Translations under genes and position numbers: made by a program | Notes under the pieces: generated by a model | What the model saw: only the letters and a program-made list of their open reading frames with translations | What the model was told of the DNA's origin: nothing | The model's database searches: none | DNA from: Puniceicoccaceae bacterium | GTDB taxonomy: Bacteria; Verrucomicrobiota; Verrucomicrobiia; Opitutales; Oceanipulchritudinaceae | Reading direction: 5' to 3' | Length of the DNA stretch: 64,000 nt | Assembly: GCA_040830765.1 (NCBI GenBank) | Contig: JBFOMH010000011.1 | Coordinates: forward strand, 29,255-93,254 | In this document: positions 28,170 to 37,786 of the stretch, one piece after another | How the letters are laid out: every line of letters begins with the position of its first letter | Position numbering within the stretch: position 1 is the stretch's first letter

Positions 28170-29717
28170 TCAGCGGTCGCTCCTGTAGCCCGACCAATCG
28201 ATACCTGCCAGTCCGGCAAGGTCCTTGTCCCAACTGGCAAGGTCCTCCTTGTTAAACTGATTGAGGTGGTCGTGACCACAGGCACGGGCCATGACCTGCA
28301 TCAGTTCAACACTGGCCTCGAAGAAGTTGGCCAGGCGTCTGGCTGCGACGTCGACCTTGAGCCGCTTGCGGAGCTCGGGCTTCTGGGTGGCGATGCCGGC
28401 CGGGCAGAGGTTGGTGTTGCAGATACGCGCGCCGACACAGCCGATGGCCTGCATGGCGGAGTTGGAGACGGCGACCCCGTCAGCCCCAAGGGCCAGTGCC
28501 TTGGCAAAATCCGTGTGGGTGCGCAATCCACCCGTGATGATAAGGGTGACCCTTCCGCTGGCGCCTGTCTTGTCCAGATAATGCCGGGCCCGTGCGAGGG
28601 CGGGAATAGTAGGAACAGAAATGTGGTTGCGGAAGAGCAGGGGAGCCGCCCCGGTGCCGCCGCCCCGTCCATCAAGGATGATATAGTCGGCTCCGGCAGC
28701 TACCGCGAACTCGATGTCCCGCTCAATGTGCTGGGCACTCAATTTGAAGCCTACCGGGATCCCGCCGGAGACCTCCCGCACGCGGTCGGCAAAGTGGGAG
28801 AAGTCCTCCACCGTGCTCAAGTCGGAAAAGGTTGGCGGGGAGACCGCCGGCTGGCCCTCCGGGATGCCCCGGACCTCGGAGATGCGGCCGGTATTCTTGT
28901 TGCCGGGCAAGTGTCCCCCGGTTCCGGTCTTGGCCCCTTGGCCGCACTTAAAATGAAAGGCCTGGACCCGCTCAAGAAGGGATTCCTCGTAGCCAAACTT
29001 GGCCGAGGCCAGCTCGTAGAAGTAACGGCTGTTGGCTGCCTGTTCATCGGGCAACATGCCGCCTTCGCCAGAGCAAATGCCCGTCCCTGCCAGTTCGGCC
29101 CCCTTGGCCATGGACACCTTGGCCTCCTCGGAGAGAGCGCCAAAACTCATGTCGCTGACGAACAGGGGAATCTGCAAATGTAGTGGTTTTTTCGCTTCAG
29201 GTCCGATGACGAGATCGGTTCCGACCTCGACATCCTCCATCAGCGGCTTTGTCGACAACTGGGCTACCATGAACTGGATTCCATTCCAGTCCGGCAGTTC
29301 GGAGCGGGGGACGCCCATGGCACCCATTTCCCCGTGATGGCCCAGTTTCTTGAGTCCATCCTTTGCTAGCTGGTGAATGAAGGCGACTGTCGGTTCTTCC
29401 GGAGTGGGTTCCGGTTCCGGCATGGCATCATCACCAGATGACGATTCGAGGGCGATTGCCTCCCCGATCTTGTCGTCGGGGATCCGCGCATGGGTACCAT
29501 CACAAAAGGGAGCGTTGGCTGACTGCTTGCACTGGCAAAGATGGGCTTCCCCGTCTTCTTCCGCAACGAAGGGCTTCGGGCTGAATCCGGTTCCTTTGTG
29601 TGAGCCGTCGCAGAAGGGCTGGTTGGCCGACTTGCCGCAAGTGCAGAAATAGTATTCTTCACCGGCTTTGAGTTCGATTCCCACCGGCTTGTTGTTGGCA
29701 ACGATTGGCTTATTCAT
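28170..29717 (-). CDS. glutamate synthase FMN-domain-like protein with two N-terminal CDGSH Fe-S domains
   Basis: CTCGKS..PFCDGSH and CQCKQS..PFCDGTH; DMSFGALS, CSGEGG, GQGAKTGTGGHLPG, DGRGGGTGAAP, C-x5-C-x4-CPAGIATQ. Confidence 0.88.
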   Translation of the reverse strand: MNKPIVANNKPVGIELKAGEEYYFCTCGKSANQPFCDGSHKGTGFSPKPFVAEEDGEAHLCQCKQSANAPFCDGTHARIPDDKIGEAIALESSSGDDAMPEPEPTPEEPTVAFIHQLAKDGLKKLGHHGEMGAMGVPRSELPDWNGIQFMVAQLSTKPLMEDVEVGTDLVIGPEAKKPLHLQIPLFVSDMSFGALSEEAKVSMAKGAELAGTGICSGEGGMLPDEQAANSRYFYELASAKFGYEESLLERVQAFHFKCGQGAKTGTGGHLPGNKNTGRISEVRGIPEGQPAVSPPTFSDLSTVEDFSHFADRVREVSGGIPVGFKLSAQHIERDIEFAVAAGADYIILDGRGGGTGAAPLLFRNHISVPTIPALARARHYLDKTGASGRVTLIITGGLRTHTDFAKALALGADGVAVSNSAMQAIGCVGARICNTNLCPAGIATQKPELRKRLKVDVAARRLANFFEASVELMQVMARACGHDHLNQFNKEDLASWDKDLAGLAGIDWSGYRSDR

Positions 29718-29747
29718 GATGGTACCCTGCGTGGATGGTTAGTGGGC

Positions 29748-30143
29748 TCAGTCTGCCTGCTTGATGGCCAGCTTGCAGAAGGCATCCCGCTCTGCCCAGA
29801 GCAGGAAGGCGGAGAGCACGGTAACAAGGACCACTACCGGGTCAAATAACCCGCCTCCGACGAGGAAGACGTGGAAGGCGAGGATGTTGACGACGATCGG
29901 CCCGAGAACGAGAAGCCCGAGCCCCCGGGTCTTCGGCACGGCCACGAGGACGCCACCGATGATTTCCAGGACCTTGATGAAGGTCAGGAAACCGGTGGTG
30001 TAGGCAGCCCCCATGAAGGCGGCGGCCGGTGAGCCTTCCGGCAATGGCGGGATCGGAATGAATTGGAGGAAGAAGTTCAGTCCGAAGACGACGAATACAA
30101 GGCCCAGGAGGCCGCCGGCGATGAGAGAGAGTTTTTCTTTCAT
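29748..30143 (-). CDS. DoxX-family membrane protein
   Basis: LLGLVFVVFGLNFF, LEIIGGVL, PIVVNILAFH; four hydrophobic segments. Confidence 0.8.
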   Translation of the reverse strand: MKEKLSLIAGGLLGLVFVVFGLNFFLQFIPIPPLPEGSPAAAFMGAAYTTGFLTFIKVLEIIGGVLVAVPKTRGLGLLVLGPIVVNILAFHVFLVGGGLFDPVVVLVTVLSAFLLWAERDAFCKLAIKQAD

Positions 30144-30174
30144 GGTTCTTTGCTTTTTTGATTATGGTTGTTGT

Positions 30175-30909
30175 TTAAGAGAGACGAAAGACGAGGAACT
30201 TGCTTTCGGCGGATGCGGTGATGTCAAATCCATCAGGAGCACCCTCGATGGCCAGTCCGTCGGCGGTTTTGAGTGTTTCCCCAAGAACATTGACTTCACC
30301 GGAGATGACTTGCACCCAGGCATGCGGCATTGTTTCTGAAGGGGAAACGGTAATGGCTGTGCCAAAACCATCCGAATTGACTTCACCATAGTGGATTTCC
30401 GCGTCCTGGCGGATCTGCGTCGAGCCGTCGCGTCCATCCCCTGAATAGAGCAGGGTCAGGGCATTGGGCTGGGCCAGCTCGGCCAGGGGCTTCTCCATGT
30501 AGCGGGGTTGTCCACCCTTTTCATTCGGCAGCAGCCAGATCTGGTAGAGTTCGAGCTGCTCGGTATCGGAAGGATTGAACTCGCTGTGGAGGATTCCCTT
30601 GCCGGCACTCATGTACTGCAGGTTGCCGGGCGTGAGCACGGCCCCGTTACCCAGACTGTCGCGGTGTTCCAGCTGTCCCTCGATGACATAGGTGAAGATT
30701 TCCATGTCCGAATGGGGATGGGTTGGAAATCCACCCTCCGGTTGGACAGTGTCATTGTTCATGACCCGGAGGGAGCGGAAGCCCATGTGGTCCGGATCAA
30801 CATATTCGGCAAAGGAGAAGGTGAAGCGGGCCTGCAGCCAACCATGGTCGGCGCGGCCCCGCTCCTCTGCCGGGCGCTTGTAGGTTCGTGGTGTGGTTTC
30901 TGTTTTCAT
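30175..30909 (-). CDS. pirin-family protein (YhhW-like)
   Basis: RGRADHGWL..RFTFSFA, GFPTHPHSDMEI, HRDSLGN, MSAGKGILHSE, QIW. Confidence 0.92.
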   Translation of the reverse strand: MKTETTPRTYKRPAEERGRADHGWLQARFTFSFAEYVDPDHMGFRSLRVMNNDTVQPEGGFPTHPHSDMEIFTYVIEGQLEHRDSLGNGAVLTPGNLQYMSAGKGILHSEFNPSDTEQLELYQIWLLPNEKGGQPRYMEKPLAELAQPNALTLLYSGDGRDGSTQIRQDAEIHYGEVNSDGFGTAITVSPSETMPHAWVQVISGEVNVLGETLKTADGLAIEGAPDGFDITASAESKFLVFRLS

Positions 30910-30985
30910 GCACCTACCATAACCCGGTTCTGGTAATTCGTCTAATACCTTGTTTTTTGGGTGCTATGCGTTTTAGTTATACCTA

Positions 30986-31885
30986 ATGGAACTTAGGCAT
31001 TTACGGTACTTTGTCATGGCGGCTGAGGAAGGGAACATCAGCCGAGCCTCCGATCGCCTGAACGTATCCCAGCCAGCGGTCTCGCGTCAAATCAAGGACC
31101 TCGAGGAGGAATTGGGGGTCCAGCTGTTCAACCGCGAGCCGAACGGGATGAGCCTGACTGAGGCCGGTAGGTCGGCGCTGGCCCATGCGCGGGAGGTCTT
31201 GCGGCAGTCCAATTCGATGGTCGAGGCAATGGAAGCACTGGCCTCCCGGGGGAGGTCCCAATCCATCAAGGTGGGCTTTTTACCGACCGCACTTCCCGGC
31301 CTCCTGACCAACGCCTTGCGGACCTTCAACAACCACCACCAGGCCTATTGTGTGCAAATCCACGAAATGTCCCCGACCCAGCAGGAGGAAGCGCTCCGCA
31401 AGGGCGACATCGACCTCGGACTCATCGGCGAGGCCTGCCCGGAGATCAAGCGCGACTTCCATGTCGATACCATCCGCCGAACTGAAGTGGCGGTGATTGT
31501 CCCGGATAATCATCCCCTCGCAGGCCGCAAGTCCGTCGACTTGGTGGAGTTCGCCGGGGATACCTTTGTCACCTTGCACGAAGAACGCTTTCCCGGACGC
31601 AAGGAGCTAATGGCCGATATGTTCTCCAAGGCTGGTATTCAACCGGATGTCGCAATGCGGGCCGGTGGGTTGTCTGAGCTGCTGGGCCTGGTCGGAGCCG
31701 GTTCCGGGGTTGCCCTGGCCCCGGCCGACCTCGTCAACCTGCCTCACCCGGGTGTCGTCTTCCTGAAGCTGAAAAGGCCCCAGCGAGCAATGTTCTTCAC
31801 CGCTGCCTGGCGCAAGACAGGCGATCTCACTGGTGTCGAAGCGCTAGTCCATCAAATTCGTGTCGAGGGAGGCCTTGAGGATTGA
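30986..31885 (+). CDS. LysR-family regulator
   Basis: MELRHLRYF...SQPAVSRQIKDLEEELG HTH; divergent from pirin. Confidence 0.94.
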   Translation: MELRHLRYFVMAAEEGNISRASDRLNVSQPAVSRQIKDLEEELGVQLFNREPNGMSLTEAGRSALAHAREVLRQSNSMVEAMEALASRGRSQSIKVGFLPTALPGLLTNALRTFNNHHQAYCVQIHEMSPTQQEEALRKGDIDLGLIGEACPEIKRDFHVDTIRRTEVAVIVPDNHPLAGRKSVDLVEFAGDTFVTLHEERFPGRKELMADMFSKAGIQPDVAMRAGGLSELLGLVGAGSGVALAPADLVNLPHPGVVFLKLKRPQRAMFFTAAWRKTGDLTGVEALVHQIRVEGGLED

Positions 31886-32009
31886 ATGACGATTTTGTAA
31901 ATAATCCCGGATTAAGCTTGTTCGCATACTGTGCCTGTGGATAATTCTTCCTTGTGGAAGGGCAGCACGAGGCAGCCCGACGACTCTTCTCTCTTAACCA
32001 CAAGGAAAC

Positions 32010-32480
32010 ATGAAAGTATCCATTTCCCTCCTTTCATTGGGCATCGCCTCGATGATAATCCCCAGCCTGTTGATCGCGGCTGAGAAGGATTCCGATCTCT
32101 TCGATACGATTTACGCGAGAAAGCAGCTTTGGGCCAAGTTTTACAATGCCGATGATGCCGCCTCACTGACTGCAATGTACACGGAGGATGCAACGGTCAT
32201 CGCCCCGAATTTCCCACCCGACAAGGGACATGCCGCGATCCAGGCAGGGCTGGAAGCTGAATTGGCTCTCGGCGATGGTACCATCCAATTGAAGACACTC
32301 GAAGTTCACCGGATTAACAAGAAGACCGCGTGGGAGCTAGGGTCCTATGACCTGAAGATTGTCCTCGAGGAAGGGGAACCCATTGTCGACGTCGGCCACT
32401 ATGTCATCATCTGGAAGCTCATCGATGATGAGTGGCTGCTCCATATGGATACCTGGAATACCAGTCTGCCATTGGAATAG
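32010..32480 (+). CDS. secreted SnoaL/NTF2-like (DUF4440-type) protein
   Basis: Signal peptide; YNADDAASLTAMYTEDA, GHYVIIWK..WLLHMDTWN. Confidence 0.8.
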   Translation: MKVSISLLSLGIASMIIPSLLIAAEKDSDLFDTIYARKQLWAKFYNADDAASLTAMYTEDATVIAPNFPPDKGHAAIQAGLEAELALGDGTIQLKTLEVHRINKKTAWELGSYDLKIVLEEGEPIVDVGHYVIIWKLIDDEWLLHMDTWNTSLPLE

Positions 32481-32609
32481 TTTCTTCCGTTTTTCCAGTA
32501 CTGGAGATTCTTGGCCAGCGTCACGCTTGGCCAACCTGAGGGTGTGCATTGGCGACATTGACATGCTGCTGCAAATATGCATCAAATTGCACTATAAGCC
32601 CAAGAAGTC

Positions 32610-34529
32610 ATGTCTGTTCATTTTACTCCCAGCCAGTACTCTTCGATGAGAGAGTGTACCCGGATTTCATCGCGTGTCGGGAAGTGCTTTTTTTCCCTGT
32701 ATTTCCTGCTGGTGCATGCGATGGTTGCGCAAGGATTGCCGGTAACGGTCATGGATCCCGGCAACGATCCCCTGGCGTTAACCGTTGAAGCGGCAGATAC
32801 AATCCTCGAGCTCAAGGAAGAAATCCTCACCGCCCGTGGGTATCCGGTGGAGGAGCAGGTGCTTGTCTACGACGGGAGCCGGCTGGCTGACAGCAGTACC
32901 ATTGAGGAGAATGCAATAGTGTCCGATGGCGTCCTGTACCTGACCCTTGAGACAGGGGAGGGTATGGGGATCTCCAACGTCACCCTCGGCCCGGAGACAT
33001 TGGAAATTGACACAAACCGGATGACCATGGGGATCAGCCATGTTCTTGAACATTCCCCGGAGCTTACGGATCCTGCCGTGTGGAACAGCGAGGCTGAAAT
33101 TGTTGCCACATCAGCGGCGGACACCCTGACCATTCCAGCGCCGGAGGAAGCCTCTGCCTTTTACCGTGTCCGTGAACGGAATCCCCGCCCGCCGGTGACC
33201 CAGTACGAGGGTTACGAATTGATTTGGCATGACGAGTTTGAAGGACCTGATATCAATCCGGAGAACTGGGAACATCATCTTGGCGACGGGAGTCTGTATG
33301 GACTTCCTCCGGGTTGGGGAAATGCCGAGATGCAGATCTATACCGCTGAGCCGGCAAACTCGTCCATTGTTGGTGACGGTGAAGGGAATTCGGTCTTGCT
33401 CATCCAGGGGCAGCAGGATCCCATCGACGGCGGTATAACCTCGGCGAAGTTGGTCACCCAGGACCTGCAGAGTTTCCGCTACGGGCGCATTGAGGCGCGG
33501 ATCCGGTTGCCGTTTAGCAAGGGAGCCTGGCCTGCCTTCTGGATGTTGGGGATCAATCAGCCAATCGTCCCCTGGCCGGGCTGTGGCGAGATTGACATCA
33601 TGGAGATGCTTGGTGGCGAAGAGGACACGATACACGGAACGGTTTTTTATATTGATGCCGACCGGCAGCCAGGTGGATCCACGGATTTCGTGACGAATCC
33701 GTCCGGCCTATACAGCGATGCCTATCACATCTATCGTATCGACTGGACACCTACTGAAATCACTTGGTCAGTTGATGGCGTACCGTACCATACAACGCTT
33801 CTGGAAGATGACATGAAGGAGTTCCAGAGGGGCTTCTATCTTATCCTGAATCTGGCAGTGGGGGGATTCTGGCCAGGCAATCCCGATAGAACTTCCGTGT
33901 TCCCGATGCGCATGTTTGTGGACTGGGTTCGCGCCTATCGGGATGTGGATCTGGTGGATCCGGGCGAGCCGGCGTTGGATGTTGAAGAGGAAACGATCGA
34001 CGTGATTATTTTCGACGGCTCTGCGGCGATCAAGGAAGGCTTTGAACCGTTCCAGAATCTGGCCACCAAGACCTGGGGCCCGGGTGCACCAGAGGGGATG
34101 CTTTCCTTCGAAGCAGTTGACGGAACTTACAGCGTGCTGGACCAATGGAAATCAAACGGCTATGGCGGCATGTGGTGGGTGTTCACGGATCCCCTTGATG
34201 CGAACAAGGTTGTCCCTCAGGACCTCAGCGCCTATGAGGGAGGCAATCTGGTGATGGCCCTCAAGGTGCCTGAAACTGTTGCCTTCTATTTCGAGGTGAA
34301 GCTCGAGTCTTCAGGCCCGTTCGGCAAGGTTAACCTTCTCGATTACACCCCGGTGCCACTCAGCGGGGGCTTTGCCGAATACACCATCCCTCTGGCCGAT
34401 TTTACTTCCCAGGGATTTGACCTCACCAAGGTGACGATTCCTCTTGGACTCTGGAATCCCCAGAGTGAGCAGGGGGTTTACGTGGATGCAGAGGTCTTGA
34501 TCGACAACGTCCACTGGACGCTTCCGTAA
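32610..34529 (+). CDS. secreted GH16 beta-glucanase (laminarinase-like) with N-terminal ubiquitin-like domain and C-terminal CBM-like domain
   Basis: LIWHDEF, GWGNAEMQ, YGRIEARI, WPAFWMLG, GEIDIME catalytic motif, LILNLAVGG. Residues ~43-113 align without gaps to ubiquitin. Start may be ATG 32646. Confidence 0.88.
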   Translation: MSVHFTPSQYSSMRECTRISSRVGKCFFSLYFLLVHAMVAQGLPVTVMDPGNDPLALTVEAADTILELKEEILTARGYPVEEQVLVYDGSRLADSSTIEENAIVSDGVLYLTLETGEGMGISNVTLGPETLEIDTNRMTMGISHVLEHSPELTDPAVWNSEAEIVATSAADTLTIPAPEEASAFYRVRERNPRPPVTQYEGYELIWHDEFEGPDINPENWEHHLGDGSLYGLPPGWGNAEMQIYTAEPANSSIVGDGEGNSVLLIQGQQDPIDGGITSAKLVTQDLQSFRYGRIEARIRLPFSKGAWPAFWMLGINQPIVPWPGCGEIDIMEMLGGEEDTIHGTVFYIDADRQPGGSTDFVTNPSGLYSDAYHIYRIDWTPTEITWSVDGVPYHTTLLEDDMKEFQRGFYLILNLAVGGFWPGNPDRTSVFPMRMFVDWVRAYRDVDLVDPGEPALDVEEETIDVIIFDGSAAIKEGFEPFQNLATKTWGPGAPEGMLSFEAVDGTYSVLDQWKSNGYGGMWWVFTDPLDANKVVPQDLSAYEGGNLVMALKVPETVAFYFEVKLESSGPFGKVNLLDYTPVPLSGGFAEYTIPLADFTSQGFDLTKVTIPLGLWNPQSEQGVYVDAEVLIDNVHWTLP

Positions 34530-34694
34530 GTAAGGGAGGATAGCCGGTAAGGGGATTCGAGAAACTTATAAACGACTCATGACGAACAGGTTAGCGGTCT
34601 ATCCTTAGGTATCATCTATTCGATTCTATCCGGAATTATAAAAAGTTATTCAAAAAACCAGCTGCTCTTATGACCTCTCTGGACAGGGGATCGG

Positions 34695-36254
34695 GTGTAT
34701 CTAACATCCGGTGACATGGAAGGACTGGTAGAATTATTCGCTGAAAAAGTTGTTGGCTCCGGGATTGTCGATGTGACGCAGGTGAGGCAGATCCGCAATA
34801 CATGCGGAGAGCCAGCGGACATTATTGTCTTCGGGGAGGCCCTCCTGAAGCATTTCCCGGACAAGTTTGAAGCGGTCCAGGGCCTACTGGACGAGACAGC
34901 GGATGCCTACACCAAGGGTGAGCGTGCCAACGGCGATCCGTTCGAGGCTGAATCCGCAATGCCGGAAGAGCAGGTAACAACTTCTTTTGAGGCAAGTCAG
35001 CCTGCTCCAGTAAAGGTATCCAAACCCGTCCCGCAAAAGCCGGTCAAACCGGCGCCACAACCCGAGGCAAGCGCTACTGTTCAACCCGGAAACGATTTCA
35101 CCAAGCGTCCTCAGGAAACAGTGGTATCCGCTGCGGGCATCGAGGCGGGTATCCCGGACTTTTCCTCCCTTGACCCCAGCAACCGGGAACAGATCGCCTC
35201 GGCCCTGATTGGGATGCTTTTGGAGCTCGGTGGGCACGACTTCAGCGACCTGCACATTTCCGGTGGATCCCGTCCCTTTGGCCGACGCTTCGGCAAGCTG
35301 GAATATATCGCTGAGAGCCCGATGGACGATGCACTGGCGGAGGCCTTTGGGATGGCCCTGATTTCGGATGAACAGAAGGCTTATTTCGAATCCTGCCAGG
35401 ACTATGACTTTGCCATCGCGCTGGATAATGGCCGCCGCTACCGGACCAACCTGATGCAGCACCGGGATGGCTTGAAGATCACCTTCCGGCTGGTCCCGGA
35501 AAAGGTGCTTTCCCTTGAGGAACTGGGCTTTGGCGCGCACACCGAGACCATCAAGAACCTTCTGGCTTATCACAACGGGCTCATCCTGGTGACGGGACCG
35601 GTTGGCTGCGGCAAGACGACCACCCTCGCAGCGATGGTGGATGAGCTGAACAAGACTCGAACGGACCACATCATTTCCGTCGAGGACCCGATCGAAATCG
35701 TCCATCGCTCCGACCAGTGCTCGGTGACCCAGCGCGCCGTTGGTCCCCACACGAATAGTTTCAAGAGTGCGCTCAAGGGCGCTCTCCGACAGGACCCGGA
35801 TATCATTGTCATCGGGGAGATGCGAGACCTTGAGACAATTGAAATGGCCATTAGTGCCTCGGAGACGGGTCACCTTGTCATCGGGACAATGCATACTTCC
35901 GATGCGGCGATGACCTTGAATCGCCTCCTGGATGTGTTTCCGCCGGCCGCCCAGTCGCAGATCCGGGCCATGGTTGCGGAATCGCTCCGGGGAGTTATCT
36001 GCCAACGCCTCCTGCCGGGGACGAGCGGGCACTCCGTGCTGGCTTCCGAGATCCTGATCAAGAACATGGCCGTTTCCGCCCTGATCCGGGATGGCAAGCA
36101 GGCCGGGCTTGGCAACATCATGGAAACGGGGAAAAGGGAAGGCATGATCCTGATGGATGCCTGTGTCATGGAACTTTTTCAGGGTGGAAAAATCTCCGCC
36201 GAGACGGCCCGGGCCAACATCCAGAACGAGATCATTCGCCGCAACATTACCTAA
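34695..36254 (+). CDS. pilT: PilT/PilU-family pilus retraction ATPase with long N-terminal extension
   Basis: SDLHI, GLILVTGPVGCGKTTT, EDPIE, LRQDPDII..GEMRD, ETGHLV.GTMHT. Confidence 0.9.
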   Translation: MYLTSGDMEGLVELFAEKVVGSGIVDVTQVRQIRNTCGEPADIIVFGEALLKHFPDKFEAVQGLLDETADAYTKGERANGDPFEAESAMPEEQVTTSFEASQPAPVKVSKPVPQKPVKPAPQPEASATVQPGNDFTKRPQETVVSAAGIEAGIPDFSSLDPSNREQIASALIGMLLELGGHDFSDLHISGGSRPFGRRFGKLEYIAESPMDDALAEAFGMALISDEQKAYFESCQDYDFAIALDNGRRYRTNLMQHRDGLKITFRLVPEKVLSLEELGFGAHTETIKNLLAYHNGLILVTGPVGCGKTTTLAAMVDELNKTRTDHIISVEDPIEIVHRSDQCSVTQRAVGPHTNSFKSALKGALRQDPDIIVIGEMRDLETIEMAISASETGHLVIGTMHTSDAAMTLNRLLDVFPPAAQSQIRAMVAESLRGVICQRLLPGTSGHSVLASEILIKNMAVSALIRDGKQAGLGNIMETGKREGMILMDACVMELFQGGKISAETARANIQNEIIRRNIT

Positions 36255-36266
36255 TCTTTCTTAGCC

Positions 36267-37316
36267 ATGCCAATCATCGATCAATACTTGCGGACCATGC
36301 TGGAACAGGATGGATCCGACCTCCACATCAGCGTCGGGGCCCCGGTCAAGATCCGGGCCGGTGGGGCTGTCCAGTCCATCACGGGAGAGGAACTTTCGGA
36401 CGATTTCACAGCCCAGATGCTGCAGGAAATCGTCAGTCCGGAACGCTGGCAACATTATCTCGAAACCAAGGATTTGGACTTCGCCTATGAAATTGATGGC
36501 CTGGCCCGCTTCCGCGGAAATTACCTCTACAACCACTGGGGCATGGCCGCGGTCTTCCGGCAAATCCCCGCCAATATTCTTTCCTTTGATGACTTAAACC
36601 TGCCCGAGGTCTTGAAGCAGGTCTGTGAGTACAAGGAAGGTCTGGTCCTGGTAACCGGGCCGACTGGTTCCGGGAAGTCGACCACCTTGGCGGCCATGAT
36701 CGATTACATCAATACGAACGCCAACAAGCACATCATCACCATCGAGGACCCGGTTGAGTTTGTTCACCCGCGGAAGAACTCGGTCATCGTGCACCGCGAG
36801 GTCGGCATTCATTGCGACAGTTTTGCCAGTGCGCTCCAGGGCGCGATGCGGGCGGACCCGGACATTGTCCTGGTGGGAGAAATGCGTGAGCTCGAGACCA
36901 TCCGGCTGGCGCTGAGTTGTGCCTCCATGGGAATGCTGGTCTTCGGGACCCTGCACACCAATAACGCTCCCAAGACGATTGACCGCATCATCGATGCCTT
37001 TCCGGCCGATGAACAGGAGCAGATCCGGATCATGCTGGCCGGATCGCTTTCCTGCGTTGTTTCCCAGCTGCTGTGCAAGAAGGTCCCCAAAGGCAGGGTG
37101 GCCGTTCATGAGATTCTTCTCAAGCATGACGCCCTTCCCAATACCATACGCACGGGAAAAATTTCCGCCATCCGGGGAATCATCGAGAGTTCCAGCAAGG
37201 AGGGCATGTGCCTGATGGACAATTCCATCATGGATCGTTTGCAGAACGGCGAAATAACGGCAGGCGAGGCCTACATGAAGGCCACCGACAAGGAACGGTT
37301 CAAGGCCCTGGTTTAG
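36267..37316 (+). CDS. pilT: PilT twitching-motility ATPase
   Basis: GSDLHI, GPTGSGKSTT, TIEDPVE, RADPDIVLVGEMR, GTLHT. Confidence 0.93.
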   Translation: MPIIDQYLRTMLEQDGSDLHISVGAPVKIRAGGAVQSITGEELSDDFTAQMLQEIVSPERWQHYLETKDLDFAYEIDGLARFRGNYLYNHWGMAAVFRQIPANILSFDDLNLPEVLKQVCEYKEGLVLVTGPTGSGKSTTLAAMIDYINTNANKHIITIEDPVEFVHPRKNSVIVHREVGIHCDSFASALQGAMRADPDIVLVGEMRELETIRLALSCASMGMLVFGTLHTNNAPKTIDRIIDAFPADEQEQIRIMLAGSLSCVVSQLLCKKVPKGRVAVHEILLKHDALPNTIRTGKISAIRGIIESSSKEGMCLMDNSIMDRLQNGEITAGEAYMKATDKERFKALV

Positions 37317-37391
37317 TTGCCGGATGTCCTGACAATCTTTCTTAGGAGTGCATTGACAGTGCATGGCAATTAAGCCTTCGTTGACCCGATC

Positions 37392-37748
37392 ATGTGGAGC
37401 AGCATGAAAAGGCTAGGCGCCATTTGCCTCACCCTTTGGGTTCTGGTGCTGCAGTTTGCGGGAAGCAGTCCCCATCTGCACGCATTCCTGCACGGGGATG
37501 CAGAGACGCGGCAAACTTGTGCGGGACATGGGCCTTCCGATGATCCCTGTTCCGGGGAGTCAGAATCTCCGGAACCCAGCAATGCCTGTACGGTTATTCT
37601 TCTGGCAGATGGCATCATCACAGCCGAGGGCCTTGATTTCAGGCCTGTTTCGGGTGAATTACTCGCTGTTCTTGACCGGATACTGCCGGTTTCCCCGGAG
37701 GAGGAGTTCCTCCTGCTCAACAGTGCCCGGGCACCCCCGGTTCTCTAA
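37392..37748 (+). CDS. DUF2946/CruR-like leader protein with C-terminal RAPP arrest motif
   Basis: N-terminal hydrophobic segment, HLHAFLH plus His/Cys residues, ends NSARAPPVL*; lies directly upstream of a metal TonB receptor. Confidence 0.7.
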   Translation: MWSSMKRLGAICLTLWVLVLQFAGSSPHLHAFLHGDAETRQTCAGHGPSDDPCSGESESPEPSNACTVILLADGIITAEGLDFRPVSGELLAVLDRILPVSPEEEFLLLNSARAPPVL

Positions 37749-37786
37749 TACAGTCGTACTCCTGAACGCCAGCGTTCAGAATGTCC

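Noticed and set aside
28170..29717. gltB glutamate synthase large subunit
   Set aside because: Only the FMN domain is present; no amidotransferase domain and no gltD.
32736..32960. Bacterial ubiquitin conjugation system
   Set aside because: No di-Gly terminus and no E1/E2/JAB genes nearby; the domain is internal to a secreted protein.
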